From: Schizochytrium sp. TIO01
Taxonomy: Eukaryota; Protista; Bigyra: Labyrinthulomycetes
NCBI GenBank assembly: GCA_004764695.1
Contig: SMSO01000007.1
Location: forward strand, 1,681,270-1,745,269
Reading direction: 5' to 3'
DNA: 64,000 nt
Positions 19,501 to 33,081 of this stretch are shown piece by piece (within the stretch, counting starts at the first letter, position 1; each line of letters begins with the position of its first letter). The translations under genes were made by a program, and so were the position numbers. Under the pieces are notes generated by a model. The model made no database searches. It saw nothing but the letters and a program-made list of their open reading frames with translations, and had not been told where the DNA came from.

Positions 19501-20053
19501 TAGCGGCAACAGGTTTTGTTGTAAAACGATGCACAATCTCACGGCCAACTTGAGACGGAACCTCCTCAAGAACAGTAGCACCAAGGATACTTCCCTCATT
19601 GCGAATCAGGGCAAGAACAAGGCCTGCTACAATAGCTGCATCAGAGAGAGTCCCCGCAGGGACTCCCTCATCTTCCCAAAGGCCATAAAGGTACTCAAGC
19701 ACACCATTGCGTTCATGGATTTCAAAGACGCCAGGCGGAGAGAGTCCAATGAGTTGACGCACGGCTGGTGCACCGCCTCGTGCAACTAGAGCACGTCGAG
19801 CCCACGCCGGCAACTCACCAAGGACTGAATCGAGCATGAGGCTACCACCAGAGAGTTCTGCAGTTGCCGCAAGGGCAGCAATAAGGAGTTCATTTGGAAT
19901 CCGTTCTGGATCGTTGTGCTGGCTGCTGTTTGTGATGAAGTTACTCTTCATGGTATCTTCTGCATGAGTTGAGCTACTAGTCGTATCTCTCGAGTATAGT
20001 CGTCTGGAGTTCGATGATGAAGATGATGAGGGCATGTAGAACGATGAAGACAT
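16595..20053 (-). CDS. Multidomain RNA-binding protein: two winged-helix (LOTUS/OST-HTH-like) repeats, two cold-shock/OB-like repeats, split degenerate NYN (PIN-like) domain, possible C-terminal RRM-like region
   Basis: Long ORF with first ATG at 20053 (MSSSFY). Duplicated units G.(I/L)...WFI.G...YF.S.F...FP...AQVGMR..F....PNPV..V.L (~19360-19020, ~18907-18685) fit the cold-shock fold pattern. GAIVLIDDDYL (~18305-18273) and YIIISGSVEFLDVIGAALEMGITVELWAW (~17200-17113) fit NYN strands. Confidence 0.75.
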   Translation of the reverse strand: MSSSFYMPSSSSSSNSRRLYSRDTTSSSTHAEDTMKSNFITNSSQHNDPERIPNELLIAALAATAELSGGSLMLDSVLGELPAWARRALVARGGAPAVRQLIGLSPPGVFEIHERNGVLEYLYGLWEDEGVPAGTLSDAAIVAGLVLALIRNEGSILGATVLEEVPSQVGREIVHRFTTKPVAAIVRSQSHLFRMREDVVEMKNDFDYYGIYPIDDAQGGLGGGKNAGSGTRMTGILIKHQSPAHWFILGEQDVNRLNAGFLGMTPTSATPTSLSSSSSAASLSSTYSHQFLQEPTNDMVYFVSGFSRHFPESRFAQVGMRACFTVAADAPRKPNPVVTNVELIRDEHGNPIRVENIPSFPLPSDQSDAGSEDKSSNSAVAPRLKGEIVQRTGYAKWFIRGDDQSANTHSRHLYFTSAFGANFPDADRAQVGMRVSFAKSSRRPNPNPVAVHVRLLPDSEQPSGFTSQDAAASPLPSSYAAALASESDAESDIYSPTASTSENGANGATTTITSSSSSSSKASASASSVGGLGGPAASAAAAMAAAGSNSATNSSSSGSSNSATNVAPANPQSKEDFQLFRKEGAIVLIDDDYLHELSAEEGHRVHIHDLIKAVRGSVVQTSKPRMATLVRIFKRSLHLTPPAAATAIISANKITKSASGTSPTNLASSSRTTSHAHNARDAQGLPGETINGSSAAQEPATKVDSNGGVGTPYGSLKTSALSAQSNSDVASTAAAASFPAPLPGNSVAEYPAAEPSTCSASHASPGNAESDKNVHVHSGDGTVEEKRQQSQDFVQNLAPTPAAAVGGGGARGASPSPSSSSFSAWSPVLPRPSSSSSSSSSGAVGDGDADFDANGNGNGEDGKDAHEGDGAVAREATSNCGDPGSIGGPKDRGASSPPGQTVSAATQALIEQAKLARTVAATAARMARIIAGDLGAMTAQRLMGGRTVTRSYIIISGSVEFLDVIGAALEMGITVELWAWNADIAACYLEFEERYSKFRIHRLDEIISQIRVGRNVCDPSDPPADRTLFFGAPQRLRPDQVHIKTMVKFITTELPPSMSLHVTLHGRKRWLSVVCDEAFPNGTTMTDLKKRAVDTFQMLDGLSVLSLEEFKKEVGPGLVDWTIVSSPEHILPSFVKNLDAPLPPKGMPVRRK

Positions 20054-23000
20054 CTTTTGTCCTTTTCTCTCTTGACTGGCTGGCTGGCTGGCGAGTGCGT
20101 GTGCGTGTCTAGTCTGGTCAACTAAGACTGAACAACTACCGAAACGAGCTGAGCAGTGGTTCGCAAATTGTAAATTGTACACGACTAGGACAAGGTAACT
20201 TTGTAGCTAACTGGCCAGCTAACTAAAAGAGAACCTGACAGAGTTTACGTGCAAGCGTTGGCGATGCAAAAGATCGGGTTCACAGAAGCAAATACGTGGG
20301 ATCAGGCAGGCAGTCACTCTATCCACCCAGGAAGGTTACTGCTCAACCAAGATCCAATTTTTATTGCCCAAAGAGTAAACCGCGACTTCAATAAGTCACG
20401 CCAAACAAACAAAACAAAAAGGGTATAGGTCCTCTCACCTACCACGAGGACTTATGCCAGAGGAGGAGAGGTTCTGTTACCCAGCAAAGCAACCCAGCCA
20501 GGCTTGGTAGCAACACCGACCAAAGGCAGAAGGTAGGTAGTTGCTCTCTTTTGTTGTAGCAAAAGAGGTGCGAATGTATAATAGAAGGAACACGTGTGTG
20601 TGAGAGAGAGAGAGAGAGAGAGAGGAAGCAGGAGAGCTCGAGCTCAAATATACGATGGAGACACTTGCCGTTGCTCGCTCTGCGTCCACCGCAGGCAGGT
20701 CGGCTTGTCGAGAGGTATTTGGTTCTCGTTCGGGTTCGGGTTTTGACTGGGTACGCGGGATTCTAGTACGTTCACCGTTTCTAAGACTCGCAGCCAAATG
20801 CAATATTCTTCACTTGAAGTTCTGTAGTGTAGAGGACTTCGGGAAGCCTTCACACGAGAGCCCAAGTCTACAGAGAAGTAGCTTGATACAGACGTTGAAC
20901 GAAGGCAGTCAATCAAGGGAAGGGAGAGCTTAGGTTTGCTAGCTTAAAAATAAGCTAGCTGATTCGTTCAAGGAGACCGGAGGAGTTGACCGGCTGCGCG
21001 TACACCTCGACTTGGGCGTCAGCAACTTCAACAGATGCAAGAGCGCCAAAGAATGAAACAGGCAATGCCAAGCGAATGCCAGTGACCGGGTCTGGTGCAG
21101 TCAATGTCCACCGCGGAGCCAGCCGAGGACTCGTGCGTGCTGCTCACGCGCTCGCGCACGAGAAAGGCGCCGTCGAGTTTTAAAAATTGATGAACGACCG
21201 CGCTCGCCGCCGGTCGCGTGGGCGGGCGTGCTTCTCCGCGCTGGGCCGAGACAACCTTCGCCGTCGCCCGCCAAGCGAGAGAGCAGACCTGTCCCGCCGC
21301 GCCGCCGACACCCGCCCGCGACCAGCTAGCGACCGAGCCAGCGAGCTAGCTAGCTAGCTGCTGCCGCCAACCGGGTCTGCGAGGCTGCCGCAGGCGGTCT
21401 GCGCCGGCGGTTTGTTCTACTGTGGCTCTTCCTATACTCTACTGTGGCCCTCCCTATAACCTACTTCTGCCAGCCTATAACCTACTTCTGCCAAGTGCTT
21501 GCTTCTGCCACACACAGACAGACGGCGGCTTACAGCTTTCTTTAGCTTAGATTGGAGTGGATTGATTATTGTTTTCTTTCCTTCTTTCTTCTTCTCTCTT
21601 TGTGCCCACGTACCTCAATAATAACAGCGAGGGAGAGAAAGAGACTAAGAAAGAAGAAAGAGAGCGATCGGTGGGTCGAGTTACCAGACACGGGGTCGGG
21701 CGCGCTCTTCTTCTGCGCCTTTTTCTGGCTCTGGTAATAGAGGGAGCGCGGAGAGAGGGAGGTATTTTCGAAAAAGAAAAATAGGCGGCAAAGCAAAGGC
21801 CTTTTCAAGAGAAGGAGAAAGAAAGAAAAACACCTCGAGACAAAGAGCGGAGCGCAGAAACACAGGAGCGGGTAGAACTGGAAAAGGAAAGCTAGCCAGC
21901 TAGCTAGCTAGCTAGCAGGCTTCACACGTGCACTGACGTGCAGCTGGGCTGATGGCTGGCTGACTGGCGTAGCTGTCGGCCTGCCTGGGCGCGAGGTTTG
22001 CAGTTTCACGGCGAATGGAGAGGCGGAAAGGGATCACAATGGAGGCCGGGACGCTTGGGATATGTCAGAGGGCACCCGCGTGTTCGTTGTTTCTCTTTAT
22101 TTCCTATTTTCTTTTTATTCTTATTCTTCTTTCTTTCTTTTTATATGTTTATTAGTAGTAGTATTATACAAAAAGAAAGAAAGGAAGAAGGGCAAGGAAA
22201 GAAAGAAAGAGAAAAATCTTTTGGGAGACGGGCGCGTGAAACAAAGAAGAGATTGAAAGAAGAAGGAGATAAAAGAAATATGCACGGGCGGGCAAACGAT
22301 GAGGGCTTCGAGAGAACTCGGAGAACCCCAAATCGTGGGAGACTTTCTTTTCGATTGAATGGCAGAAGCAATGCGAGCGACTGCCACTCACTTATTCGCT
22401 TGCGGAGGCGAATAAGGGGCGCCTGGTTAAAGGAGAGGTTTGGCCGATTTTATTCGATTCAGGCGGGGATCTGATGAAGAATATAACTAATAGCGCAAAA
22501 TCTCCAGAACGTGCCTCGACAGAGTTAATCGAGACTTGCAAACAAGAGCTAATGCAGTTGCAACCCGATCCGTGTATAGAAATGAATGCTTCACTGTAGT
22601 GTATGGTCAACTCGTATGATGCAGAGTCCGATTTCGTTCTTCGATTTGCAAATTTGTTGCAAGACGATTTAGAGTTCAAGCAAGAACAACGCACACAAAG
22701 CTAGCACGTCACAACAAGTGTTGAAAGCTGCTGCGTTTGCTGCTTCTACTCTCTCCCAAAGGCTTTGCTTCAGATCCAGCTGACTGGCAAAAACAACCAA
22801 TAGCGAGCAAGTTGCAACTGTGAATTTAGATCTATATGTCCAGCTTTTCTAGTTTGCTTGGACCAGACTATTTTTCTGTGTCTCCTGGGCACTTGGCGCG
22901 CTCGGCTCTAGCTTTTGCAATACGGGGAACACTGCTGGAGGCCTGAGTTCTAGGCGCTCACCTTCACGAGTGCGTACGCGCCACCGAGTTGGCGGCGAGT

Positions 23001-23279
23001 CCAAGTCCGAGGCGGAGCAGCCGCAAGGAACCTATGACGAAGATGACGGCGATGAAGAAGACGAGGCTCCCTCAATAATTCCACGGCTGATTAGCGAAGA
23101 GGCGCCAGCCACTCGCGCGTGCGAATGGCCTGCCAGGCAGCGAACGAACAAAGCAACGAAAGCACAGGCAGTCAGTCGTGCGAGCCAGCGCTGGCACGCT
23201 CGCTCGCTCGCCTGGTGGACGCGCGAAGGCTGCGGCTTTCCGCAGCTGCTTCTCTGTCTTTGTTTGCTTGTTTGTTTGT

Positions 23280-23317
<38 letters not shown>

Positions 23318-25307
23318 TTGCTTTGCTTGTTTGTTTGTATGTTTGTTTCTTTGTTTCTTTGTTTGTTTATTCGTTCTTTCTCCTCTTTTTGGTTTTCGTC
23401 GATCAGTTCTTTCTATCTGTTTTATTTTCATTAATGAAAATACTAACTACTCATCTTTTTCTCTTCCACCTTGTTTATTTTTAAGTTCTTAGCCAGGAAA
23501 GTGAAAAATGAATAAATAATAATAAATGAAGAAACGGGAATGGACCAAGCAACCAGACGAGGATAAAATACTTCAGGCCACCAACACAAGGCAATCAACG
23601 ACATGTCTAGACAGGCAGGTACTTCGTCTACTCAGACACAGAGGCCGTCCATGTGTCAAAGAGCTGGTCAGAATTGGCGAAGGTGCCTTTCTGCTTGAAC
23701 CAAATCTTACGGACGAGTCAAGCTGATTAACTTAAAAAAACAACATTTTTTTTTTTTTAAATTAAATGACTGACTTTAAAAAATAAAATAAATATCGCAA
23801 TAGGTCTATGTACGTAATAAAACATGTATGTATAGGTACGACCTAATTTCACACTTTTTTTGTTTTTAAAATATGTAAATATAGGGCATATTTATATAGT
23901 TTTTAAAAAGTTTTTTTTTTTTTTTTAAATAAAAAAAAGAGTGAGAGAAGAGAGAGTCCATCCGGAAAATGAAGCCCTGTTTAGAAATGTAATCTCATCA
24001 GCGGAGTTCTGAAGGTAAGTTTGTGGCACTTGAACGAGGCCTGAGTAACATGCTCCTCGGCAATGACTTTGTGAATGCTGGGCACACAATCAAGCAAGCT
24101 TCGTCTAGTTTCGGCAATTTGTGATTGGCTACAGGGAGCTACGGGACGGGGCACCCGATCAAAGTTACAGGCAGCGGCCTTCAACTTGAGGTCCTTTGCA
24201 TGCGTTGTTTCAGGTATCTTTCCCATCAACATTACCAACGACGACGACAATAACAGCAACGACGACAACGATAATAAGAGTCACTCACCACGATGATAGT
24301 AATTAAACAGTTAAACACAAAAGGAGCGCTCTGAAAGGAGGCGAAAAGGAGGAAAGCTCAGCTAAGCTCAGCTAGGCTCAGCTAGGCTAAGCTAAGACAA
24401 GGAAGTCAGATTTTTTAGAGATGGCGCACAATAATTGTAGCAGGTGCCCAAAATAGAATTGGCGATACCACGCAGGCGCAGTGCACCCTCGCCTCCTTTG
24501 TTTCTTGAAAGCCAAATGCCCGTGCGCCACCTGCAAGTGCCGGGGCTGCCGGCGCGCTTGTCGGCCGGCGCTGGTGCTTGGCCCGTGGGCCGCTGCTCTT
24601 CGGCTCGGTGCGTGAGCATGGGCGGCGGCGCCTTTGGAGGCGATCAAATGAATGCCTCTCTCTTCGACTTATTGTATTCTGTTGGCCCCATTAATGCTCC
24701 TAGTGCGTACCTACATAGTACTAGACTCTCCTTGAATAAAAATAAAAATAAATAAAAATGTTTTTATTTATTTGTTACTCATATAACTATCTATCTTCTC
24801 AAGCTGCTAATTAATAACTTATTTCTTTTTTTCTTCAAAGTAAAATGGAATATTATGCATGTGTATGTATGTGCGGCATTCCATAAAACAGACAAGAGAC
24901 CTTTCTATTGCATTGCAACCAACATAAAGCGCCTTAACTTATCCATCTCAAGCAGATGCAACGGTGAAGCGGCCAACTGACAGATAGGCTGTTAAGAGTT
25001 CTGAGATGGATGGGCTCCACATGTGCAGAGACATGAAAGCCATTGCTCTTCTCCTCCTTCACATTCACGTCACTCACTCACTCACTCACTCACTCACTCA
25101 CTCATTTGCAGAGAACGAAAGCTCTAGATCGATCGATCGTGAGTGAGTGGCGCAGAGGTATTCGCTCCTTCGTATTCCAACCTACCATTCTCCAAACCAA
25201 ACAAAGCGCAGTAGTTGTAGCAGGCAGTTTTTCAGGAACCTATATGTCTACGTATCAGTTGCAATGAAATTGCAGCGATAGATCGAACAATCACATAGGG
25301 TGGTGCT

Positions 25308-25354
25308 TTCTTCTTCTTCTTCTTCTTCTTCTTCTTCTTCTTCTTCTTCTTCTT
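25308..25354. repeat. (TTC)n microsatellite
   Basis: Perfect TTC run. Confidence 0.9.
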
Positions 25355-25585
25355 TTATAACGGAAAAGGAAAGAAGATCGAAGCTATCGTGGCTTCTGGC
25401 GAGTCCTTGGAGGCGCTTGCCTACTCGCCGGTGCCACGGTGTCAGGAAGGCGGCCCCTAGCTAGCTCAGAGCAGGCTCAGAGCAGGCTCAGAGCAGAGAA
25501 GACCAAATCAAATCAAACCAGAACGGATCAGGATGTATGAATGTTCTTGCAATAAATGCATGAAAGGGTACGATGGTCTCCCTTT

Positions 25586-25704
<119 letters not shown>

Positions 25705-28700
25705 TTCTTCTTTTTATACCTGCCAACAGGAAACTTTTCATTTCCCAGAAAACATTCTTCTCCTCGCATTTGCTATTCTTTTCAGATTCTGCTTAGTTTT
25801 GTCTCTAAAGAATATATATATATATATTACTTTTTTTATTTATTTATTAAAATAGAAATCTTACAAAAGAAAGGAGAAAGAAGTTGAACAAGTAACAGTT
25901 TATTAAGCGGCTGATAGCAGTGGTGGGCACTTTTTTCTTTTTCTTTTTAAAAGTTTCAACCGAAAGGGAAAGGAGAAACACTTGCCTGCCTGCGTGCCTG
26001 CCTGGGAAAGAAGGATGTTCGGGAGGCACGAATGGGAAGAAGGCAAAAGGGCAGGTGAGTGGCCAGAAGGCGACGGCTTGGCGTCGGCCTCCCGATTAAA
26101 TCTGGAAGCGGGGAGGGAGAGGCCTGGGCGTCCTCGCCTCCTGCCTGCTGCATTCCCGCCTGCCCGAGCTCTGAAGGCTGGTGTCACGGAGGGTGCAAAG
26201 AAAGAAAGAAAGAAAGAAAGAAAGACTCAGCTCGCGTTTCAAAATTATGGCAAGAACGGCTGAGGCCTGAGCTGCGGGAATATCTGGCCCACAGTAGCAG
26301 CTTTTCAGAGAGGTAGTGTGAGGACCGGGGAGACCGGCGTAGGGGGAGCCGTGAAACCACAGGCTGAGCTAGCAAAGGGGAAAGTAAGCGGGGCGTAATT
26401 TCGTATGCAGCGGAGAGTCCACAACACGTGCGTCTTGCTTGGTCCTGGTGGTTTTGGGGGGTCGAGAGAGAGAGCATGCAAAGCGCCGACACGGAAATAG
26501 CGCTCGCCGAAAGAAATTTAGTCACGAAAGTTCGCTGCTAGGACGGCCTATTTTGCCGCAGAGGGCCAAGTCTTGTCTTTATGTTTTTCTGTTCCTTTTC
26601 TTTCCTTCTTCTTTTTCTTCGTTCTCCTTTTTGTTTTCCTTTTCCTTTTCCTTTTCTGTTCTTTCTTGTTTGTTTGTTTGTTTGTTTGTTTTTTTATCCT
26701 CTCTTTTACAATTAAAAGAAACGCTTCATCATCAGTAAACAGACAGATTAAAGTCATGGAGTAAGAGGGAGAGCGCAGTTTTTGGGGTTTTAACTTATAA
26801 GATATATATATATATATCGGATATATCGTTTGATCTATGATACCGTATTGTATAGTGCTGTTAGCATATACTGTATTGGGGAAACCACTGTCAGCGATGC
26901 GAGATGTGACAACAAGGCACGGCCATTACGCCGTCCTGCGAGCAAAGACAACAAGCTGGGCGAATGTCGCACGCATGCATGCATACATACATACGCTCAT
27001 CGCACATCATGCAAGCACGACGCAGGACCAATGGCTTCATCATGTCAGCTGTTCTGGGTTTTAATCGAATACCAATACAAAAAGAGCGCAGCGCGTAGCT
27101 TTGCCAGCTGGACCAACCAACTGATTATGTGCAAAGGTAGTTTCCCCTAAATCCTTCAAAATCTGGTGGTAAACTACTTTGAACGACCAAGTGGTCAAAG
27201 AACACCGTGCGTGAAATAAGAAGGAGCGCAATATATTTAGTAGGGAGTATGTCTCCGCTGGAATCCTGATTCTTAGACTGAGATGATTAAAAAGTTATCA
27301 GGATCTTCTAAGCCAGTCAGAATAGATTGAAAAGATGACTACATCAATCGAGTTTAGCTTATTGTTATTTAGGTAAGACTGTCATTGATTTTATCTTTTT
27401 TAACTCTTCAAGTTTCGCATGTTTTCTTATGAATAGTTCAAGCAGGAAAATAACAGCGCGAGAGTGCCAAGCCCTCGGTAGACATAATGCCTATCATTAA
27501 ATACTGCAAGCAGAGAGCCAAGAAATCCAGAATGTAGAGTAAGTAGCTGGATTATCGAGATGCGCATTGCAACTTGACTACGAAACAAGCAACAAAGAAA
27601 GAGAATGATAGACACAAGGATTTACAAATGGAACTTTTATTATGTAGCCTTATACATTAAAAAAGAAAAAGAATAAAGTTTGAAAAAAAAAAGTTTCTTT
27701 TTTACAATAATGTTTAAAAATGGAAATATGCTATTTCTTTTAATCATATATATTTACCAATATATGCCCTAAGAAAACTTGTAGTAGATGGTGTGTTTGA
27801 TCCACTTTTTTTATTCATGTTTTAATTTAATGTTAAAAAATAAAACAATAAAAAGGCTAATGAGCATAGAGAAGGAATTGGCTTGGCAAATTTACGTTGG
27901 TGCTCTGCACGTGGCGAGCTACTCCTGAATAGCTCCAACTGCTGCAACCGAAGTCTATCACAGGCCCAAGCTAGTACTCACTTTGCCATCTCTTCCGTGT
28001 CCAGAGCGCGGTTGCAAACCAATTTCTGTCACGAGATTTCCAGCAGCCAAATGCTATACAGAAATCTGCACAATAAATTAGCTTGTTTAATATTCCGTCA
28101 AAAGGCTTTTCGCCCCACACCTCCCTCACAAGCCGACATGTTTGAGGATGTATCAAAGCTTTAAGCACTCACCTACTCCACTAGCTAGCTCGAGAGAGAC
28201 AATAGAAAGGAAGAAAGTAAGAAAGTAAAGTAAGGAAGTAAGAAGGTAAGAAGGTAAGAAGGTAAGAAGGTAAGAAGGTAAGAAGGTAAGAGGAGAGGGT
28301 GGATTGCATATACCGGAAATGGTGCTCGGACGCCCGAGGGCTGTTTTTGACTATGCTAGATAAGGGAGCGAGCTTCTCTCGTCCTGAGTCCGGTTTCTGA
28401 GGTGCCGCGAGGCCTAGGCGCATGTTTGATGAGGGTCTCAAACGGAACAACCGCGGCAGTTCGGTCTGAAGCGAGTCCACGAGAAATTTCAAGTCAAACT
28501 CACCGTCTTCACAAGAAAAGGTTGCTTTGAAATCAAAAGCTGATAGTCAAGAGCGCTCGGGCTACGGCCTACCTAATTTAAACGCAAAAGTTAGTTCAAC
28601 TCGGCGATTTCAAGACTTGAACGAAAGCTCGACCCCCTTTAAGAGGAAGCCGGCCAGCACTTTGTAAACACTAGTAGGAGTAAGCGGAACAGAAAGTTTA

Positions 28701-29106
28701 GAACAGAACGCGTAATTTTGGAGTGCCTTGGTTTTCCACACGTGTTCCAATGGAATCGGCGGAAAGAGGGGGGCTATAGCGGCCAGGTGCTGAAAATAGT
28801 AGGATGTTGCCTTATCACGTCTGTCCACACTGCCTGCCGGCCCGGTATTCACATATCTATTTATTCAAAAACTAATGTTTAATTTTTAATAAAATAATAT
28901 TTAATTTTATTTAAAAAGGGTTTTTAAGTTTTCTGTTTTTGTTTCATCCAAAATGACGAAGCATGATGATCATCGCAATAAAGAAACAAGTTTCTGTTTG
29001 TATTTCGAATTTCAACTCTAAAGAGGCCTACCTGCATCGAGAATGGAATTAGAAGAGTCGGCGTCAGTACTAGCTAGAGGTATACTTGCTTCTCAAACTC
29101 TCTTTC

Positions 29107-29194
29107 TTTGTTTCTTTGTTTCTTTGTTTCTTTGTTTCTTTGTTTCTTTGTTTCTTTGTTTCTTTGTTTCTTTGTTTCTTTGTTTCTTTGTTTC
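29107..29194. repeat. (TTTGTTTC)n 8-bp tandem repeat
   Basis: ~11 consecutive units. Confidence 0.9.
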
Positions 29195-30981
29195 TTTCTC
29201 TTTTCTTTCTCTTTTCTTTTTCCTTCTGTGGCAATAATGCTGAAGGAGAGGATGGTCTGATCGAGACCACAATCGACGATGATAACGATAGATAGATGCG
29301 ACAAGGACGGTGATACCTGCTGCCTTTCTCTGCGCCAGCTTGGGAACTGAGCTCGTGCGCGAGCAGCAAGCTGGCTGCAGTCGGCCCAGAGTTGGACTCG
29401 GCGAGCACGACCAAAGTTGGCCACAGTAGCAGCAGCAGCAGCAGCGCTTCCTATCCCTGTCCAGACCAGCACTCGCTCAACATGAGTTCGCGAGAGTGAG
29501 AGAGTGAGAGAGTGAGCGAGTGCGTGGGTGAGTGAGTGAATGGAATGAATGAAAGTGAACGAATGAATAAAAGAATGAATGAATGAAAGAATGAATGAGC
29601 GAATGGAATGAATGAGCGAATGGAATGAATGAAAGCGAATGAATGAAAGAATGAATGTCCAGCGACAAGTCTTTCGCGAAAGAGCAGCTGGAGAAGACTT
29701 TCAAGGAATGAAGGCAGTTTCTCTAATAAGCTGGCCCAACTCGACGCAAACTTATCGCTGGCCTTCTTTGCATTGCATTGCATTGCATTGCTTTGCTTTG
29801 CATTGCATTGCTTTGCATTGCATTGCATTGCTTTGCTTTGCTTTGCTCTCTATTGCATTGCAATGCAATCATAGTTGTGGTGGCCGGTACCTCAAAGTCT
29901 CTCAAGAAGCTAGATCTCATTTACTGTGTAGCTGTAGCAAGCAAGCAAGAAGCTGCTACATAGCTTTGTGGTCTCGCTGGCTGGCAGGAGACACCCACCA
30001 CACAAGTGCTCAAGCGCTGAGGAGGGCGAGCGAAGTCGTACGAGTTCCCAAGCTTCTCGCCTCTGGAGGCGCCCTCAATGCAGATAGCTTTTGGCTGGCT
30101 CCTGTACCAGAGTTCTTTTTCCGCACAGGTTTGGATCAATCACAGGTGGTGGTGCTTGGCTGTTGTTGCCTGCTTCGTAGAGTGATGGCAGTTCTCTTGC
30201 TCAAAAGACGAAGAAGCTTTCTTCGCCTCCGAGTTGAACTCGAGCACGGGGGGGGAGGAGTTCTTGCTGTTGCTGGTTTTACTAAAGTCTTGCGCAGGAA
30301 CCGCTGTTCTTGTTTTCGTTGAGGCGGCAAGGCAAGTAAGTCTTCAGCTGAATGGTTTTTTGTTTTTGATGGTGGTTTTGTTGCCATTATAAACCTAAAG
30401 ATCTGCATATTCGCAACTGTGTATATGTGCGACAAATCCGTATGCAGACCAAAGGCTTCCACGGCCAGTAATTCGCAAGGGGCGGCGAGCTCTGTAATTT
30501 CCGGAAACTATCGTGTCGGTCTGCTCATGAATCGTCCATCACGGGCTACGCCGGTTTCAACTGTGTAATTTTAACTTTACTCAAAGCATGCATGGCGAGC
30601 ACGCCGCGGAATTGATGAGCCAAGTCTTCGTTTCTAGCCATCTCGCGCTTGCTCTGTTTGTTTCAAAGTTCGACTAGTTTGCTTGCTCTTTGCTCTTTAT
30701 TATAAAATTGCTTACAGAGTTATAAGTTTCCGTGTTTACTTTAATGCGCTAATTCTTTCCAACTTATTTTTCTAATTAATTAAAATATATTACTTTTAAA
30801 AAGAAAGAAAGAACGAAAGAAAAGTTTTCGATTACACTCAGCAAAGAGCAGCGACTGACTTTGCTATATATAATGAGTCCGTCCAGATCTCAAAATAGCA
30901 AAGGCCCTCCCTGGCTGGCGGCTTCTCGAAATGGCAAACCGGCGCGACGGCTCGTCTGATATGCTCTCCCAGGTAGGTAGG

Positions 30982-31035
<54 letters not shown>

Positions 31036-32675
31036 CGCTTGCTGTTTGTGCGCTTGTGCGTTTCTGGCAGGAAGCAAGTGCGAACTCGCTGCGAATCCAC
31101 TTGGCTTCGTGCCCGATTGTGCCGTGCTTTCGGCGCCATACCACGGTGGGGTCAAGTCATGGCCAAATAAACTGAAAACTGAGAGATCATCATGATGATA
31201 AGAAAGGTGTGCTTGCGAGAGGCCTTCTTCTTCTCCTCCTTCTCCTCCTTCTTCGTGTCGTAATATAAATTGAAAAGTAAAAATTCCAGGGAGGAGGGTT
31301 TATTATAATCTTTTTAATGCTTTTTCAATTTCCAAGCATTTTTTTAAAGGTTAAAAAACGAATGATCATTCATTCATTCATTGATTCATTACCTGAGAGT
31401 GGAAAAGTACGTGTAATTTTTAGTAGTTCCATCCTCTTTCTTTTCCCATACAGCCACACTAGGAACACGTGAAGCGATGAAATTTTGTGATTTTTAGAAA
31501 ACGTACGCATGCCAAAACATCATTTCAGGGGGCGTGCCCGCTTATTTTGCTGCATACGCGATTGACCAGCCATGTCAGGTTGTTCATGGACTTTTTGCCG
31601 CCTTGCGAACGGAGCAAATCAAATCTCCACCAGGCCTGAAATAGCTGGGATAAAGCCCTTGTTAGCAACAACCGGGTCAGACTGCTGCTCGCTCCCTAGT
31701 ACATGATGATTATCGTTTGAATGAATTAAAACCTTTTTCAATCCACATCACATTACATCGCACTATATAGCAAACAGTATTCTAGATGAATAGAAATAAA
31801 AGGTCTACTACTGCACTCAACAACAGGCGCAAACAGGGAGCGCTACAAATGCTCGAAACCAAAGAAGTTGACTGCTTCGCACCTGCACGTGATGATAGAA
31901 TGAAATGAATGGGTCTGCGCAGTCGAGCCTCGCCTGCGCATGTTCCAATGGTTATTCTGTCGCAGAGTTAGTTAGCTCGAGGCAAGGGACGTCTCTCGCG
32001 CAAGCTCGTGCGAAGAGGCGCGGCGAGGTGCAGATGAGACCAGGTCAGCACACAAAGACCCGGAACGTCGACACGAAGCAAGGCAAAGCTAGACAAAGCA
32101 AGAAGTCAAAGCAAGACAAGCTCTCTGATGCGCATGTCAGCCAGGCTTACCCACAGACAGGCAAGTCGTAACCCCTCGGGACAAGCTTAGCCAAAGCTCC
32201 TCGAAGCTGAGACGTCGTGAAACATTATTTTTCATCAGCACGTTCGTCTGAAAGAGCTTGCGCCCCTCTGCACAGAGCCCAACCAAAGAGAAGCAAGCAG
32301 CATTGCTCTGCAGTTCCAAAGGTGTTTCCGTTTACATCCCCACGAACGCTTGGGAGGACGCAACTCCGATTTCGATCAGCTTTCTCTTCAACAACGCCAT
32401 TACAGCATTACATCGCACCGTCAAAGTCCTTGTAAGTTGTTTTTGGTTTTGTTTGCTACCTAGATGGATAGCTAAATGGCTAGCTACCTACTACCTAGTG
32501 GAGAAATAAAACGAAAGCCAAAACAAAAGCTTTGACTGTGTTCAAGTTAATATGTAATTGTTCCTTTTTCTTTTTCTTTTCCTTTTTTCTTTTTTCTTTT
32601 TTTAAATAAATAAAGTGTGATCTTACCTTCCTACATAGCTACAAAGAATACAAAGAACCTCCTACTGCTTGTATT

Positions 32676-33081
<406 letters not shown>

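Noticed and set aside
22970-23492. ORFs with an acidic patch and LLAC repeats
   Set aside because: Dominated by (GCTT)n/(GTTT)n repeats; no domain
30136-30462. Basic 108-aa minus-strand ORF (MATKPPSK...)
   Set aside because: Could be a small gene but no family evidence; needs expression data
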